NCBI RefSeq assembly: GCF_963676685.1
Contig: NC_092351.1
Coordinates: 41,416,001 to 41,480,000 of the forward strand
Length of the DNA: 64,000 nt
DNA from: Mytilus edulis
Taxonomy: Eukaryota
Reading direction: 5' to 3'
In this document: positions 52,785-64,000 of the stretch, piece after piece
Numbering within the stretch: the first letter of the stretch is position 1
Layout: each line of letters starts with the position of its first letter
Made by a program: the position numbers and the translations under genes
Notes under the pieces: model-generated
The model's input: the letters and a program-made list of their open reading frames with translations, nothing else
The model's database searches: none
Told to the model about the DNA's origin: nothing

Positions 52785-53066
52785 GAACCAATTCCACAGC
52801 AAGATCAATGCAACCCACGGTGTTTCTTACTCTTATGCTATACACTCTGTAATGATTTGCTTCATATGGAACGATTGTCGAAGTCAATCTAAAAGTATCG
52901 TTTACTATTCGATTCACAGTCCATATTCCTAGTTTTCCACCAAGACTAGTTGTCCAAGCGGTGATTGGTGCATCCGAACTATAAACGATAACTGATATAT
53001 TTGTAACTTTTCCTTTTTCAGATTCATATTTGTATATTGTCGAACCGTCTAAGGTGAAAGGTTTGT
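52785..53066 (-). CDS. IgSF receptor Ig-like exon (3rd; lacks the canonical Cys pair)
   Basis: ttttccag acceptor, gtaagt donor, 282 nt. KPFT..ISVIVYSSDAP..YRVYSIRVRNTVG..VELV. Confidence 0.82.
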
Positions 53067-56000
53067 CTGGAAAAAAATTAATTTCAATAATAAATATGTT
53101 TCATTGATGTTTACAGTCTATCAACGATCAATCTCACGAAGTTGTCAAATTGCTTTGAAAAAACTACGAATACGTAAATCGTTCGTATTGAAAATGTACA
53201 ACACAACCAATATCTATTTTTGTGGATCACAATTCTTTTTCACCAGTATGAACCGCCAGTTGTAAAATGACGCCCTATTCTTTTGTGTAATCATGGGAGA
53301 TTTACATCATACAAACCTTACATAGATAGCACTCATAAATCTTGAATGCATATAATGCATGAAACTTCTGGTTAATGATTTTAAAAGAAAGCAGCCCACA
53401 TCCTAACTTATAACATTAACAAAACGAAACTCTAGATTTGCAAATGCATGTTAACAGGAACATACAGATTATGACACATTTAAAAAATTCAACAGGGAGC
53501 TTCAAAGACAGAGTGTTTCTATGTTCAGCTTCTGTTTACAGTCGCACGACGGAGAGAAAATATTGACTTTCAAAAGAGATCACACGCAGAAAATCTACCA
53601 TCCTACATAAAAGAAACATTCTCTAGAACAATTAAAAACATTGAGCCGAGTTCATCTTCTTCTCGCTTTAATCTACCGCCTTCTTTATCAATATTGTCAA
53701 TCACGGTAACGAAACCTGTAAAAATAATCTGTAAATCTTGCCGCACTTTAAATCTATCAACTAAATTGTCAGCCCATCTGATGACCTTGGCATTCCAATG
53801 CAATAGTTAAATACTATTAAATGGTGAATACTTATTTGAAGGGAATAGCTATGGGAATAAATATTGCTCCGTAATTTTTCCAAATCTTAAACGAATGAGA
53901 ATAACAAGTCTCATTACTTCTATTTACCAACCTGTCGGTTCTGCTTCAATGATAAGGTTGAAAAAAATGGAATAAAAACTTATCAAAGATACAAGGCTTA
54001 TAATTTTGCTCGCTAGACCCGCGTTTTGTCCAACATATAGTCTAATCAAAATATCAAACCCTCTAACATTGTCTAAGGAAATTTTAAAAAAAACTAACAA
54101 ATAGCTAAATTGAAAGTTAAAACACATCAAACCAATGAATAACAACTGTTATATTCCTAACTTGGTACAAGCATTTTCTTATGTAGAAAATGGTGGATTT
54201 TTTTTATGGTAGCAAAATCTCTCACTCTCTCATTTGTATGACAGTCGCATAAAACTCATAGCACAGCAGTGGACGTTTTGTTATATTATTAATCACTATG
54301 AAAACAAAACAAATGTGTCAACCAAGACAAACAAAAAGGCATTTAGACAAATTATATTAGCAAACATTAAAAACAAGAATACAAAAATGTTCTGTAGCAT
54401 TATAACACAATGATAGGATGTGTAAGTACCGAACCATATCAAATGGATATCACGTAAAATTGATAAATCAATACAAGTACTCGTTTACAAAGAAAAATAA
54501 ATGAACACTCTAGCGGTATACTACTGTTTCCTTTATTTATTCACACAATTATGAATTTATAAGGAAAAATCTTATGTTTAAGCATAAAAAGACATTGAGG
54601 CACGGCTCAATTAATTATCGGGAGGGGGTATTTTTTTTACGGAACAAAAATTTGTTTGTCAAGCTTCGTGTCCAAATGTTAAATTAATTTCATTGCGGTC
54701 ACATCCAGGGGCAGAAATATGTTTTTTTATCTTAAACACCCCTTTCGTGTCCCCCCCCCCCCCCCCACCACACACAAATTTTAAGTTCCAGGCTTGATAC
54801 ATAAATGTCACTTTAGAATTAACATACTATGATAAATATCCGATTTAAATGATAAAAACTGGCAAAAGGAGACGACCAAATATTATATTGTGTATTATAC
54901 GTATAAGCCTTAGTTTCCTGTGTTAAAGTATGTTAGTTTCGTTTGTAAATTTTAAATTTTGTATAATGCATCTTCACCAAATTTTGCAATGCGTATAATT
55001 TTAACTAAGAATACTTTATAATGTAATGGACAATTTAATAAAGTTAACGGTATTACTTTAATTCATCAGATGTACATTTCTGCAATGATTTTGTAGTCAA
55101 ATGTTAACCAAGCCGAAACTAATACAATGTTGAATAGCGCATCAAATCAAAAATGACATAAAATGAAGCCAAATCCGAACAACCAAAAATCAGAGCTTTG
55201 CATGGGTGAGATATATTCCTTAATTTAAAATGATTTCTAAAATTCAAAACGCAGCAAATTAAAATGAAATACTCTCCGTATAATCATGTCAGTACGGAAG
55301 TACTGGTATCTGAATGCATATCAACTTTATTGACCATATCAAGGTTTGTTGAAGGGAAGTAAATCTATGTTAGTTCGATTAAAGGAATAGGGGCTTAATA
55401 GGCCATTTTTAATTTGTCATAGACCTTCTGAAAATGGTTGCATTTTGTGTCTATCTCGTTTATTTTGTTGCCTAGCAACCAATAAAATGGCGGAGCTAAA
55501 CTCATCAAACATGATTAATATACAGCTTAAAACTATCCATATTTGAAATTATAAATATTTAGCATGTAGTGAACTTTACACTTGTACACTGTTTAGACAT
55601 TACATAATTATATGCACATTTCTTGCTAAATTCACTGTTGATTCTCCCTAGCAAAACATCTGTGCACATTGCAACAGCAATCTGTTTTCTATTTTTCAAG
55701 ATTTGATTTAAATATGTTGCAACAGAAAGGCAATTTAAGATGCAAATTGTAAAATGTAACAAACTCCAAAGTAAGGGGAAAAGCATGATGAAACATCAAC
55801 AAACAAACCAACACACTAACAACGGTAGTTCTTCAAGAGAAGTTGGTATCAAAATGCATTTTTAGAGTCTATTAGAGAAGTAAACATTTTGCGTTTATAA
55901 AATTTTTCAGGAATTATTACTTGTACACCGTATATATTCTGACAATTTTACCGGGTATTGCTGATATACTCTTTGTACTTTAAGTGCTTGGTGGCGTCTC

Positions 56001-57648
56001 ACTTATCAGCGACAAGAAGAATAATATAACGACAAGAAGATATATTTAGCGCTAAGAAATCTTAATATAAATTATCTGAAATAAATAGATACAGACTAAT
56101 ACCCTAAAGGGTGTTTTTGAATATCAGTGTATTTCCCTTACAGTACTTATGTTTCATGTAGGGGTTGAGGAGGCGGGGGACTTCTATTTACAAGGCGATA
56201 GGATGTGCCCCTGTTATATGTCACCTTTTAAGTTTAAAGATATGTGAAAAGTGGGGAAAATTATCAGAAATATATGATAAGGTCAATAAAGTTCCTATAA
56301 CTTCACAGACTGCCACCTTGTCTGGTGTTCCCGCTGTGTCTTTATCAGTCACTTTTTTATTAGGAATACATGTTACCGAGTCATAAGTGAAGTTCCTATA
56401 AGCATAATAATGTAAAAACTAAATTTTGTCAGATAAAAAGGTCCAATTTGGACGGCAAATTTCAGCTTTTTATTGCTCCCTTTGGCTATGCAAATATAAA
56501 TAAACTATCGGACCAACCTTGAACCAAAACACTGTTTTATCCGAAGTTTAATATGTATAAACTTGTCAAAATGTTGCAAGCATGGTGCGGTGGTAAAAAT
56601 TTAGAAATCATTTTTGCCTTTTTTCCAGATTATGACGTTAATTGCACATACCATTGTAATGTTATTGAAACTTTTTTTTTTTTAGATAAAATCACTTTTA
56701 TTCATTTCATTGACTCATATTCTAATAAATAATGGAGAAAAATCTGCTCCGTTTTTATTAATTTGTAAATCTTGGGCAATTTTATGCCATTATAGCCCCT
56801 ACTTCTTTAAAAATTCATTAACTATTATTGTGCGGGAAAAAATATACATTTGTATTGACAGGTGTATTGGCAGGTGTATTCTCTTATCAAAGTTGAAAAT
56901 ATACTGAAAACACCATGGCTAAAAAATATAAAAGAACAACACAATAACAAAAGCGGAAGCGCTTCGTTCCAATATTGTGTATACGGTCAACGCTTTAACA
57001 ACCCTTTTAAAATTACCAAAAGAAGCATTCAATACTTATAATTACATGTTTAGCTTGGATCACAAATACACGATTCCTATCAAGTTTTTTTATTTTCCTG
57101 TGCACTTTATTGTGGAAGATCGTGTCACCATAAGTGTTCCATTTCATTTTTGAAATAAAGTTTTATTTCAGAATGACACGAGATTGGCGTTAGTCAATAA
57201 AACATTTATGTAATGTAATTATTTTTCTATAACTGTATGATCATTATATCAATCTAGATCTGATTGAACTTGTATTAAAAAATATGTTTGTTTTGTTCAC
57301 ATATCGTTGTCAATACAATGGAATATTATGAGACTGTCATTCAGGCGAGATGTTAACCTACATATAAAACCAGTTTTAATTTATTGTTTTCTAAATAATA
57401 ATATGCCAGTACAAAATAAGGAATATGACAGTTGCAATCCAATCGTTTGATGTGTTTGAGCGTTTGATTTTGCCATTTATTTACGGAACTTACGTTTTGA
57501 ATTTTCCTCGGAGCTCGGTATTTTTGTTACTTCATTTTATGCATATGAAGTTTATTTATATTAAGTTAGCAAAATGATGTAGCTAGTAAGTCAGTAGTTT
57601 TATCTAAAATAATAAACTACGGCAATAACATGAATAGTGTATTCTTAC

Positions 57649-57906
57649 ATTTGATAAAAACTGAGATCGAATCTGCTCCTTCACCAATAACATTTTTTAC
57701 GTTGCAGGAGTATTTGCCTGTATCTTTTCTGGAAACATTTTGTAAAAATAAAAACATTCGATTTTCTTCCTTTATGTGTTGTCCATAATGTGTCCAAGTC
57801 ACATTGTTTTGATATGTTGTAGTTGTAAAATTACATGTCAGTGTAATGTTGTACCCCTCTTCTAATTTCGACGAAGGCTCCTCAATAATCTCCACATCGG
57901 GGGATG
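57649..57906 (-). CDS. IgSF receptor Ig exon (2nd)
   Basis: 258 nt. EGYNITLTCN..VTWTH..LFLQNVSRKDTGKYSCNVKNVIGEG. Confidence 0.92.
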
Positions 57907-58179
57907 CTTGAAATAAGGGATAACACAATATAAATACAAATAATGTCATGTTTTATGAAACACATATTGATTAATTCAAATTTATGGAGCGTTATTTTCA
58001 TTTTAAGATTTATTTTGCCAACTGATATACATATCATTTACTTATTTGTATAACTTGTGGATGCCATTTGTAAAAAAAATCAACAATACTTTTCCGCATG
58101 CAAATGGTAACATACCATAAGAATTTATTATGACGGAGTACTATACCGCATATTTTGTTAATAGTGGTCAAAGGATAAA

Positions 58180-58420
58180 ACATGCTGCACAGCAAGTGCT
58201 GGAATTTCCTATGGACAATATATTTGTTAAATTTTGGGGTAGACTTTTTCTAAAGAAATTCCTATGTGAATGAATTGAGCGCTTCTCCCTTTCTGACCTC
58301 TACTTATTTTCATATGATTCGAAGTTACTTCAGATACTGGTCTCAAACAAGGAGATACGAGAAGCCAATTCATTTAATTTCGCATTCAGATATTTTGATG
58401 ATTTTCTTTTCATTGATAAC
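58180..58420 (+). pseudogene. Degraded Penelope-like reverse transcriptase fragment
   Basis: LEFPMDNIFVKFWGRLF..IPM*MN*A..SDLYLFSYD resembles the DNIFV..QxxGIPMGTNCAPLLADLFLYSYE motif. Confidence 0.6.
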
Positions 58421-58863
58421 AATCCAAACGTTTTTTTTTTTATCTGGTTCAATCTATTTAATATATATATATTTCAATATGACAGTTTCATTTGTTAAAA
58501 TATTATTAGCAATATAATGGGTTTTTTTGTGGCTGTCATACAAGTGAGAGGTTAAGCAAGCTTTAAAACCCGATTTACATAAATACATAAAAATGCCTTT
58601 ACCAAGTGAGGAATATGACAATTGTTATCCATTCGTTTGATGTGTTTAAGCTCTTAATATTACGATAAAAATAGGGATTTTTCGTATGAAGTTTGGTATA
58701 TTTATTTTTTTACTTTTTGCATGTCTTTAGTTATTAATAGACATGTGCGTTCTTCATGAATCATAAACACAAACATGTGCGTCCTACACTCATGGGATAT
58801 TTGCTGTCATGCATTTTAAAGCCAGACTGTTAGACTTATTAGAATATGAATTCATAAACTTAC

Positions 58864-59139
58864 TGTAGACATATAGATGGATTATCTTTATTGTTGTGTA
58901 AAAAGAGTTGGATGCTTTACATGTCAACTCCAAACTATGATCATGCTTCGCGATTATAAAACTATGGATAACGATACTGGAGTTATTTGATGCTAAGTTG
59001 GTATCTCCATTACACCATGAAATGTTTCCGGAGGGAATTCCTTGTTGGACTGTACATGTAAGAATAATCTTTGATCCTTGATAAGCGTAAACGATATTGA
59101 ACGTATCGCTGCTGGCTACCTCTAAATTTCTAGGTGGCT
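58864..59139 (-). CDS. IgSF receptor Ig (C2-like) exon (1st in window; 5' exons not found)
   Basis: caccag acceptor, gtaagt donor, 276 nt. PPRNLEV..IILTCTVQQGIPSGNISW..HDHSLELTCKASN. Confidence 0.88.
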
Positions 59140-60309
59140 CTGGTGATAATCATAAGAAATGAGATGGAGAAAACATTCGTTATGGAAATAATTTGTTAAG
59201 GTTTCAACCATGAAAGAATAATTAATACCAAATTTGCTAATAAATAAGAATGTGTTCATATGCAAAGATGCCCTACTCGCGTATTTTCTATGTCCAGTGA
59301 TACAATTAGAAAGATGATAGTACTTGAATCATGTGTAAGAACTTTCAAGTTCATTGGACCTCATCTTTATCAAAAAATAACTGACCAAAATCTTCAGATT
59401 AAGCGGAACAGACGGGAGAATGGAAGGACAAACGAACGCATATACCGAAATCATAAACCCCTAAGTGGTGCATAAAAAAAGTAATATGCATGATATCAAG
59501 TTTAAATTTAGCTTCGTTTAGCTTGATCTTGACAATTGCTTATTATTATTATAGAGTGGCTAGTTTTGTCCTTTTTAAGCAGAAAGCGTAGCATTGACAT
59601 GTAGTTCTACATGAACTGAATTTAAAAACTTAAACGCAGAAACTAACTGATGTCATCAAAAATTTGAGTAAATGTTTTATAATGGCTTTGATGAGTGGTA
59701 GTCTAGTATTTCAGATACAAAAGTCTCGATTTCTATTAAAATAAATGTCTGAATATCGTTGATATCACATTTCGAAATAAAACAGTAAGTGATATGCCTA
59801 TTTCTAGATTAAAAACTAAATTCAATTTCTCTTCAATGGTTTTGTGTTCATATCGGCTGACAAAGCAGCCAACACTGAGGTGGTATGACAACCATACTAT
59901 ATGAAAAAAAAAGAAAAAAAACGTCCATAAGAATGAAATGATCATTGATTCAAATGTAAACTGAATTACTCAGAAATCAGTATTTAATTAAATGTTCGTT
60001 TGATAAATCTGGTTGCAAATTTATTATGAAACTCTTTTTTTTCAATTGAGAAAGATAAATATTCTAGCTGTACTTAATAGAGATGTGATGAAATGAATTA
60101 AGCTGTAATTTTTTTTTCGTTTTTATCAGCTTCATGTTCCTCTCGGCAATAAAATGTATCAATAGGTTATGAGTATTGACATCATCACCAAGTGTGTCCT
60201 TTTTTGACAGACTTGTTCCTTTACTGTTTGCATGACATACGTGTATTCTCATTTATATAATGCTTTCAGTAAAGTCCCATGTAAACTTTGTTCAATAGAT
60301 AAATTCGTC

Positions 60310-60650
60310 GATGCCACTTCTGGTGAGTTTTTATTTCCCTCGGGTATCATCAGCCCAGTAGTCAGCACTTCTACCTTGTTGACATGAATAATCGTTAACA
60401 TGGTCAATTTTATAATTTAACTGTTAACAAAACTTTGAATTTTTTAAAACCTAAGGCTTTCCTACCTCAAAAATAGAATACCTTATATGTATTTGGCAAC
60501 ACTTTTAGGAATTGTTGGTCCTCAATGCTCTTCAACTTCGTACTTTTTTTTTAGCCTTTTATAATTTTATCAAATCGAGTATTTTGTACACGAAACACGC
60601 GTCTTACGCAAAATAAATAAAAAAAAATCCTGATATCTATGATGAACTTA
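60310..60650 (+). mobile_element. Retrozyme-like copy with partly deleted hammerhead
   Basis: Reverse complement of the 9144-9430 block; remnant tttgtacacGAAAcacgcgTCttacgc. Confidence 0.6.
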
Positions 60651-60739
60651 TATTCAACATAATTGATCGTTAATTTTATGAAAATTGTTTGTTAAATAAC
60701 CATGAATTCTCAGAATGAAGTTCCTAAAAAAAAATTGGA

Positions 60740-61250
60740 TTTAAGAAACTATACACAAAAGTTTACGGCACAAAAGACGATCTTCCTTTCCCTATTGTTA
60801 ATGTTCTTGTTTAGACGGTGGTGTTTTTAGTATACCATCGTACGGTGATTATTTATCACAACTCGTTGTTTTATCCATCTTTATTGACGTTTTTTTTTAT
60901 TCTCTGAGCGTAATTTAGGTATTTTTGGTGAACTATTCAGTCAGGGATTTCGTTACCACAAATTAACAATATTAAACTTAACTTAACTCTTGTTTAGATA
61001 CAAATACTTGGCTGGACAGTTTGGTTGTTCCTATCAAAAACTCATTTAAAACAGAAAAGCACATTTTATTTTTTATGTGAATGTTGTTTACCGAGCTTGG
61101 AATATTTAAGATACGATTTAGGTAAACTTATCAATCCTTTAAATAAACTTCTGATAAATAGTTACAATTCATCAGTGTAAATAGATTTTTGAATATTGTT
61201 TTAAATGGTATAAATATTTAATTTGTTATCAGTAAATCAAAACCATACCA
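60740..61250 (+). pseudogene. Degraded Penelope-like RT C-terminal region
   Basis: KVYGTKDDLPFPIVN..DGGVFSIPSYGDYLSQLV resembles the YDKRDDFxFPIVNFP..PSYGVYISQL motif. Confidence 0.6.
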
Positions 61251-61867
61251 AATAGTATTGTTATACAATATAGATCATTACATTGATACAAATGGGTTAT
61301 CGGATTTATCCAATCGAGATAGTTAGATCATCAATTTTAAAGTCCGAGCCTCGGCAAGGACTTTAAAATTTATAATTTAACTATCGAGCTTGGAATAACC
61401 CGTTAACCCACGCGTTACTATGTAATAATCTCTTTCTCTAATGATTAAAAGATAAATTTCCATTCTTTCTAAACCAAAATCCCCTTCGAGTGCCTTCCAC
61501 TTTCTACGAAGTTGACAATTTCATTAACACCTGTTAAAACATTTTATTCATTTCAGGGAGCTGAGAAAGGTAATGATCCTTTGACATATAATAAGGAAAA
61601 TATATCCCTTTCCGAACCCATTGTATTAAAAAATTTAATCAACGTGTGGTTGCCGTTGATTTCAGATTATGATTGACTGAGTCAAAGGGTCATTACCTTT
61701 CTCAGCTCCCTGAAATGAATAAAATGTTTTAACAGGTGTTAATGAAATTGACAACTTCGTATAATCGTATCTTAAATATTCCAAGCTCGATAAACAACAT
61801 TCACATAAAAAATAAGATGTGCTTTTATATATATAAAAAATAGGTATCGACAGATCGTTGTACGACA

Positions 61868-61870
<3 letters not shown>

Positions 61871-61945
<75 letters not shown>
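61871..61945. repeat. (TA)n microsatellite
   Basis: About 37 TA units, followed by the hairpin cagtctaaagatttg..caaatctttagactg (61946-61991). Confidence 0.95.
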
Positions 61946-61948
<3 letters not shown>

Positions 61949-62099
61949 TCTAAAGATTTGTGACGGTACCGTTGTGCAAATCTTTAGACTGATATAATTT
62001 TTTCCTTACCTGCATAGTATCGCCTATTCTAGACGATCCGGTACATAGTAAATTTGCTGGTTGGTCGTTTTTATAGACTTTTATATATATATATATATA

Positions 62100-62551
62100 T
62101 ATATACTAAAACACACTAATTGATACATTAAAAAGTTCTATTAGATGTTAAATAGAAATACGCAATATTTCGCTAAACAAATTAGCTTCATCAGGCGTGT
62201 GCATCTCTCAAGGTGAAATCGGATGCATGAAAAAAAAATATTTTTGTAGCTTAATCTATACAAGATTTGAGGGAAAGTGTAACATATTAATTCGGTCATA
62301 AAATATGTTTGTAGCTACAACTACATGAAGTTGGAATAAAAGTTTAACACATTTGTAGATGTTCGATTAATTGTATGAATTTTTATAAATTAATTTGTAT
62401 GATTTCAAGATAACTATGGTTTTGATTTGCTTTGAAATCTTTTTTCGTCTCTCTCATTGAGTCCATCAGGTTCAAGAGTTCGTAACTGGTGCATCCAAAA
62501 TCTCTCTCTGGATGCACCAGTTACGAACTCTTGAACCTGATGGACTCAATG
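62100..62551 (-). mobile_element. 5'-truncated Penelope-like element end with inverted duplication
   Basis: Minus strand 62509-62414 encodes RERFWMHQLRTLEPDGLNERDEKRFQSKSKP*, the GIY-YIG C-terminal RExxW..L.TL.P.GLN motif; perfect 43-bp inverted arms at 62455-62497 and 62509-62551. Confidence 0.8.
62160..62198 (-). ncRNA. Minimal type I hammerhead ribozyme in the 3' region of a Penelope-like element
   Basis: Minus strand: ACGC CUGAUGA A GCUAA UUUGU UUAGC GAAA UAUU GCGU. Stem I 4 bp, stem II 5 bp, palindromic AUAU in place of stem III. Confidence 0.75.
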
Positions 62552-62557
62552 GACTTT

Positions 62558-63287
62558 CCTGACCGATAATGACGTATGGCGTCCATTAAATCTATTCGAT
62601 GTTGGATGTGTACTAATCTAAAACTGATATTCAAGTCTAAGATCAATGGTGTTTTTAAAAACTGTTATTGGCTTTAAACTAGTTGCCAGTAACTGCAAAT
62701 ACTTTCAGATCTTTACGTAGTTGGATGTAAAAATACGTTACGACGTCTGATTCGTGTTTTTGTTCAATGTTTTCTACTTTGTATCGACTAAATGAGTTGA
62801 CCTTTTTTCAACTGTTTTTGTCGAGCCTTCGACTTTAGTCGAAAAAGCGAGACTAAGCGATCCTACATTCCGTCTTCGTCGGCGTCGTCGGCGGCGTCAA
62901 CAAATATTCACTCTGTGGTTAAACGATCTGTCGATACCTTTTTTTTTGCATTGTACAATGTCATGTTTTTTCCTGACCGATAATGACGTATGTCGTCCAT
63001 TAAATCTATTCGATGTTGGATGTGTACTAATCTAAAACTGATATTCAAGTCTAGGATCAATGGTGTTTTTAAAAACTGTTATTGGCTTTAAAGTAGTTGC
63101 CAGTAACTGCAAATACTTTCAGATCTTTACGTAGTTGGATGTAAAAATACGTTACGACGTCTGATTCGTGTTTTTGTTCAATGTTTTCTACTTTGTATCG
63201 ACTAAATGAGTTGACCTTTTTTCAACTGTTTTTGTCGAGCCTTCGACTTTAGTCGAAAAAGCGAGACTAAGCGATCCTACATTCCGT

Positions 63288-63318
<31 letters not shown>

Positions 63319-63760
63319 GTCAACAAATATTCACTCTGTGGTTAAACGATCTGTCGATACCTTTTTTTTTGCATTGTACAAGGTCATGTTTTTTCCTGAC
63401 CGATAATGACGTATGTCGTCCATTAAATCTATTCGATGTTGGATGTGTACTAATCTAAAACTGGTATTCAAGTCTAAGATCAATGGTGTTTTTAAAAACT
63501 GTTATTGGCTTTAAACTAGTTGCCAGTAACTGCAAATACTTTCAGATCTTTACGTAGTTGGATGTAAAAATACGTTACGACGTCTGATTCGTGTTTTTGT
63601 TCAATGTTTTCTACTTTGTATCGACTAAATGAGTTGACTTTTTTTCAACTGTTTTTGTCGAGCCTTCAACTTTAGTCGAAAAAGCGAGACTAAGCGATCC
63701 TACATTCCGTCGTCGTCGGCGTCGTCGGCGGCGTCAACAAATATTCACTCTGTGGTTAAA
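62558..63760. repeat. Tandem triplication, units of about 414-423 bp, nearly identical
   Basis: cctgaccgataatgacgtat starts at 62558, 62972 and 63395; each unit includes the 3' end of an inverted HINE element. Confidence 0.92.
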
Positions 63761-64000
63761 GTTTTTGAAATTTTAATAACTTTCTTAAACTATACTGGAT
63801 TTCTACCAAACTTTGACGGAAGCTTGTTTATGATCATAAGATACAGTTGGGTGCAGACCAAGCATTACATGTAAACGGGCCTTAAAAGTTAACGCGGCGT
63901 TTACTCGCGTGCACTTCATGTAAACGCCGCGTTAACTCTGCGTTAACTCCGAAATTTTAGTAGACATAAATAGTAAACGGGCGTTTACTTTCGCGTTTAC

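Noticed and set aside
1-64000. Remaining 60-125 aa ORFs in the track (e.g. 3736-4017, 12437-12706, 19736-20056, 22782-23156, 23552-23863)
   Set aside because: They are low-complexity translations of AT-rich or repeat DNA, or antisense to real exons, with no motifs or splice support.

Overview
This is AT-rich, intron-containing animal genomic DNA. The repeat landscape suggests a bivalve, probably a Mytilus mussel (inference). Most short ORFs in the track are noise, but several spliced genes can be rebuilt from GT-AG junctions with consistent phases. (1) A cluster of three paralogues encoding [signal peptide]-FAMeT-like (PF12248) domain-basic juxtamembrane motif-TM: last exon only at 501-754 (+), two exons at 5683-7740 (+), and a complete 266-aa gene at 26842-21516 (-). 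A duplicated copy of that gene's first exon and upstream region lies at about 41.5-42.0 kb. (2) A Salvador (SAV1)-like gene at 15978-12259 (-), 375 aa, with two WW domains. It has a TGA at the conserved Trp just before the SARAH helix, and the SARAH exon is decayed. (3) The 3' part of an Ig-superfamily receptor at 59139-42962 (-): five Ig-like exons, a TM exon and a tail with five Tyr motifs. The rest is mobile DNA: retrozyme-like repeats carrying hammerhead ribozymes, Penelope-like fragments (one with a minimal hammerhead and an inverted end), Helentron/HINE-like elements with internal satellite arrays, CAC...GTG TIR elements, foldback MITEs and a recent ~420-bp triplication. All homology calls come from remembered motifs; no database search was run.
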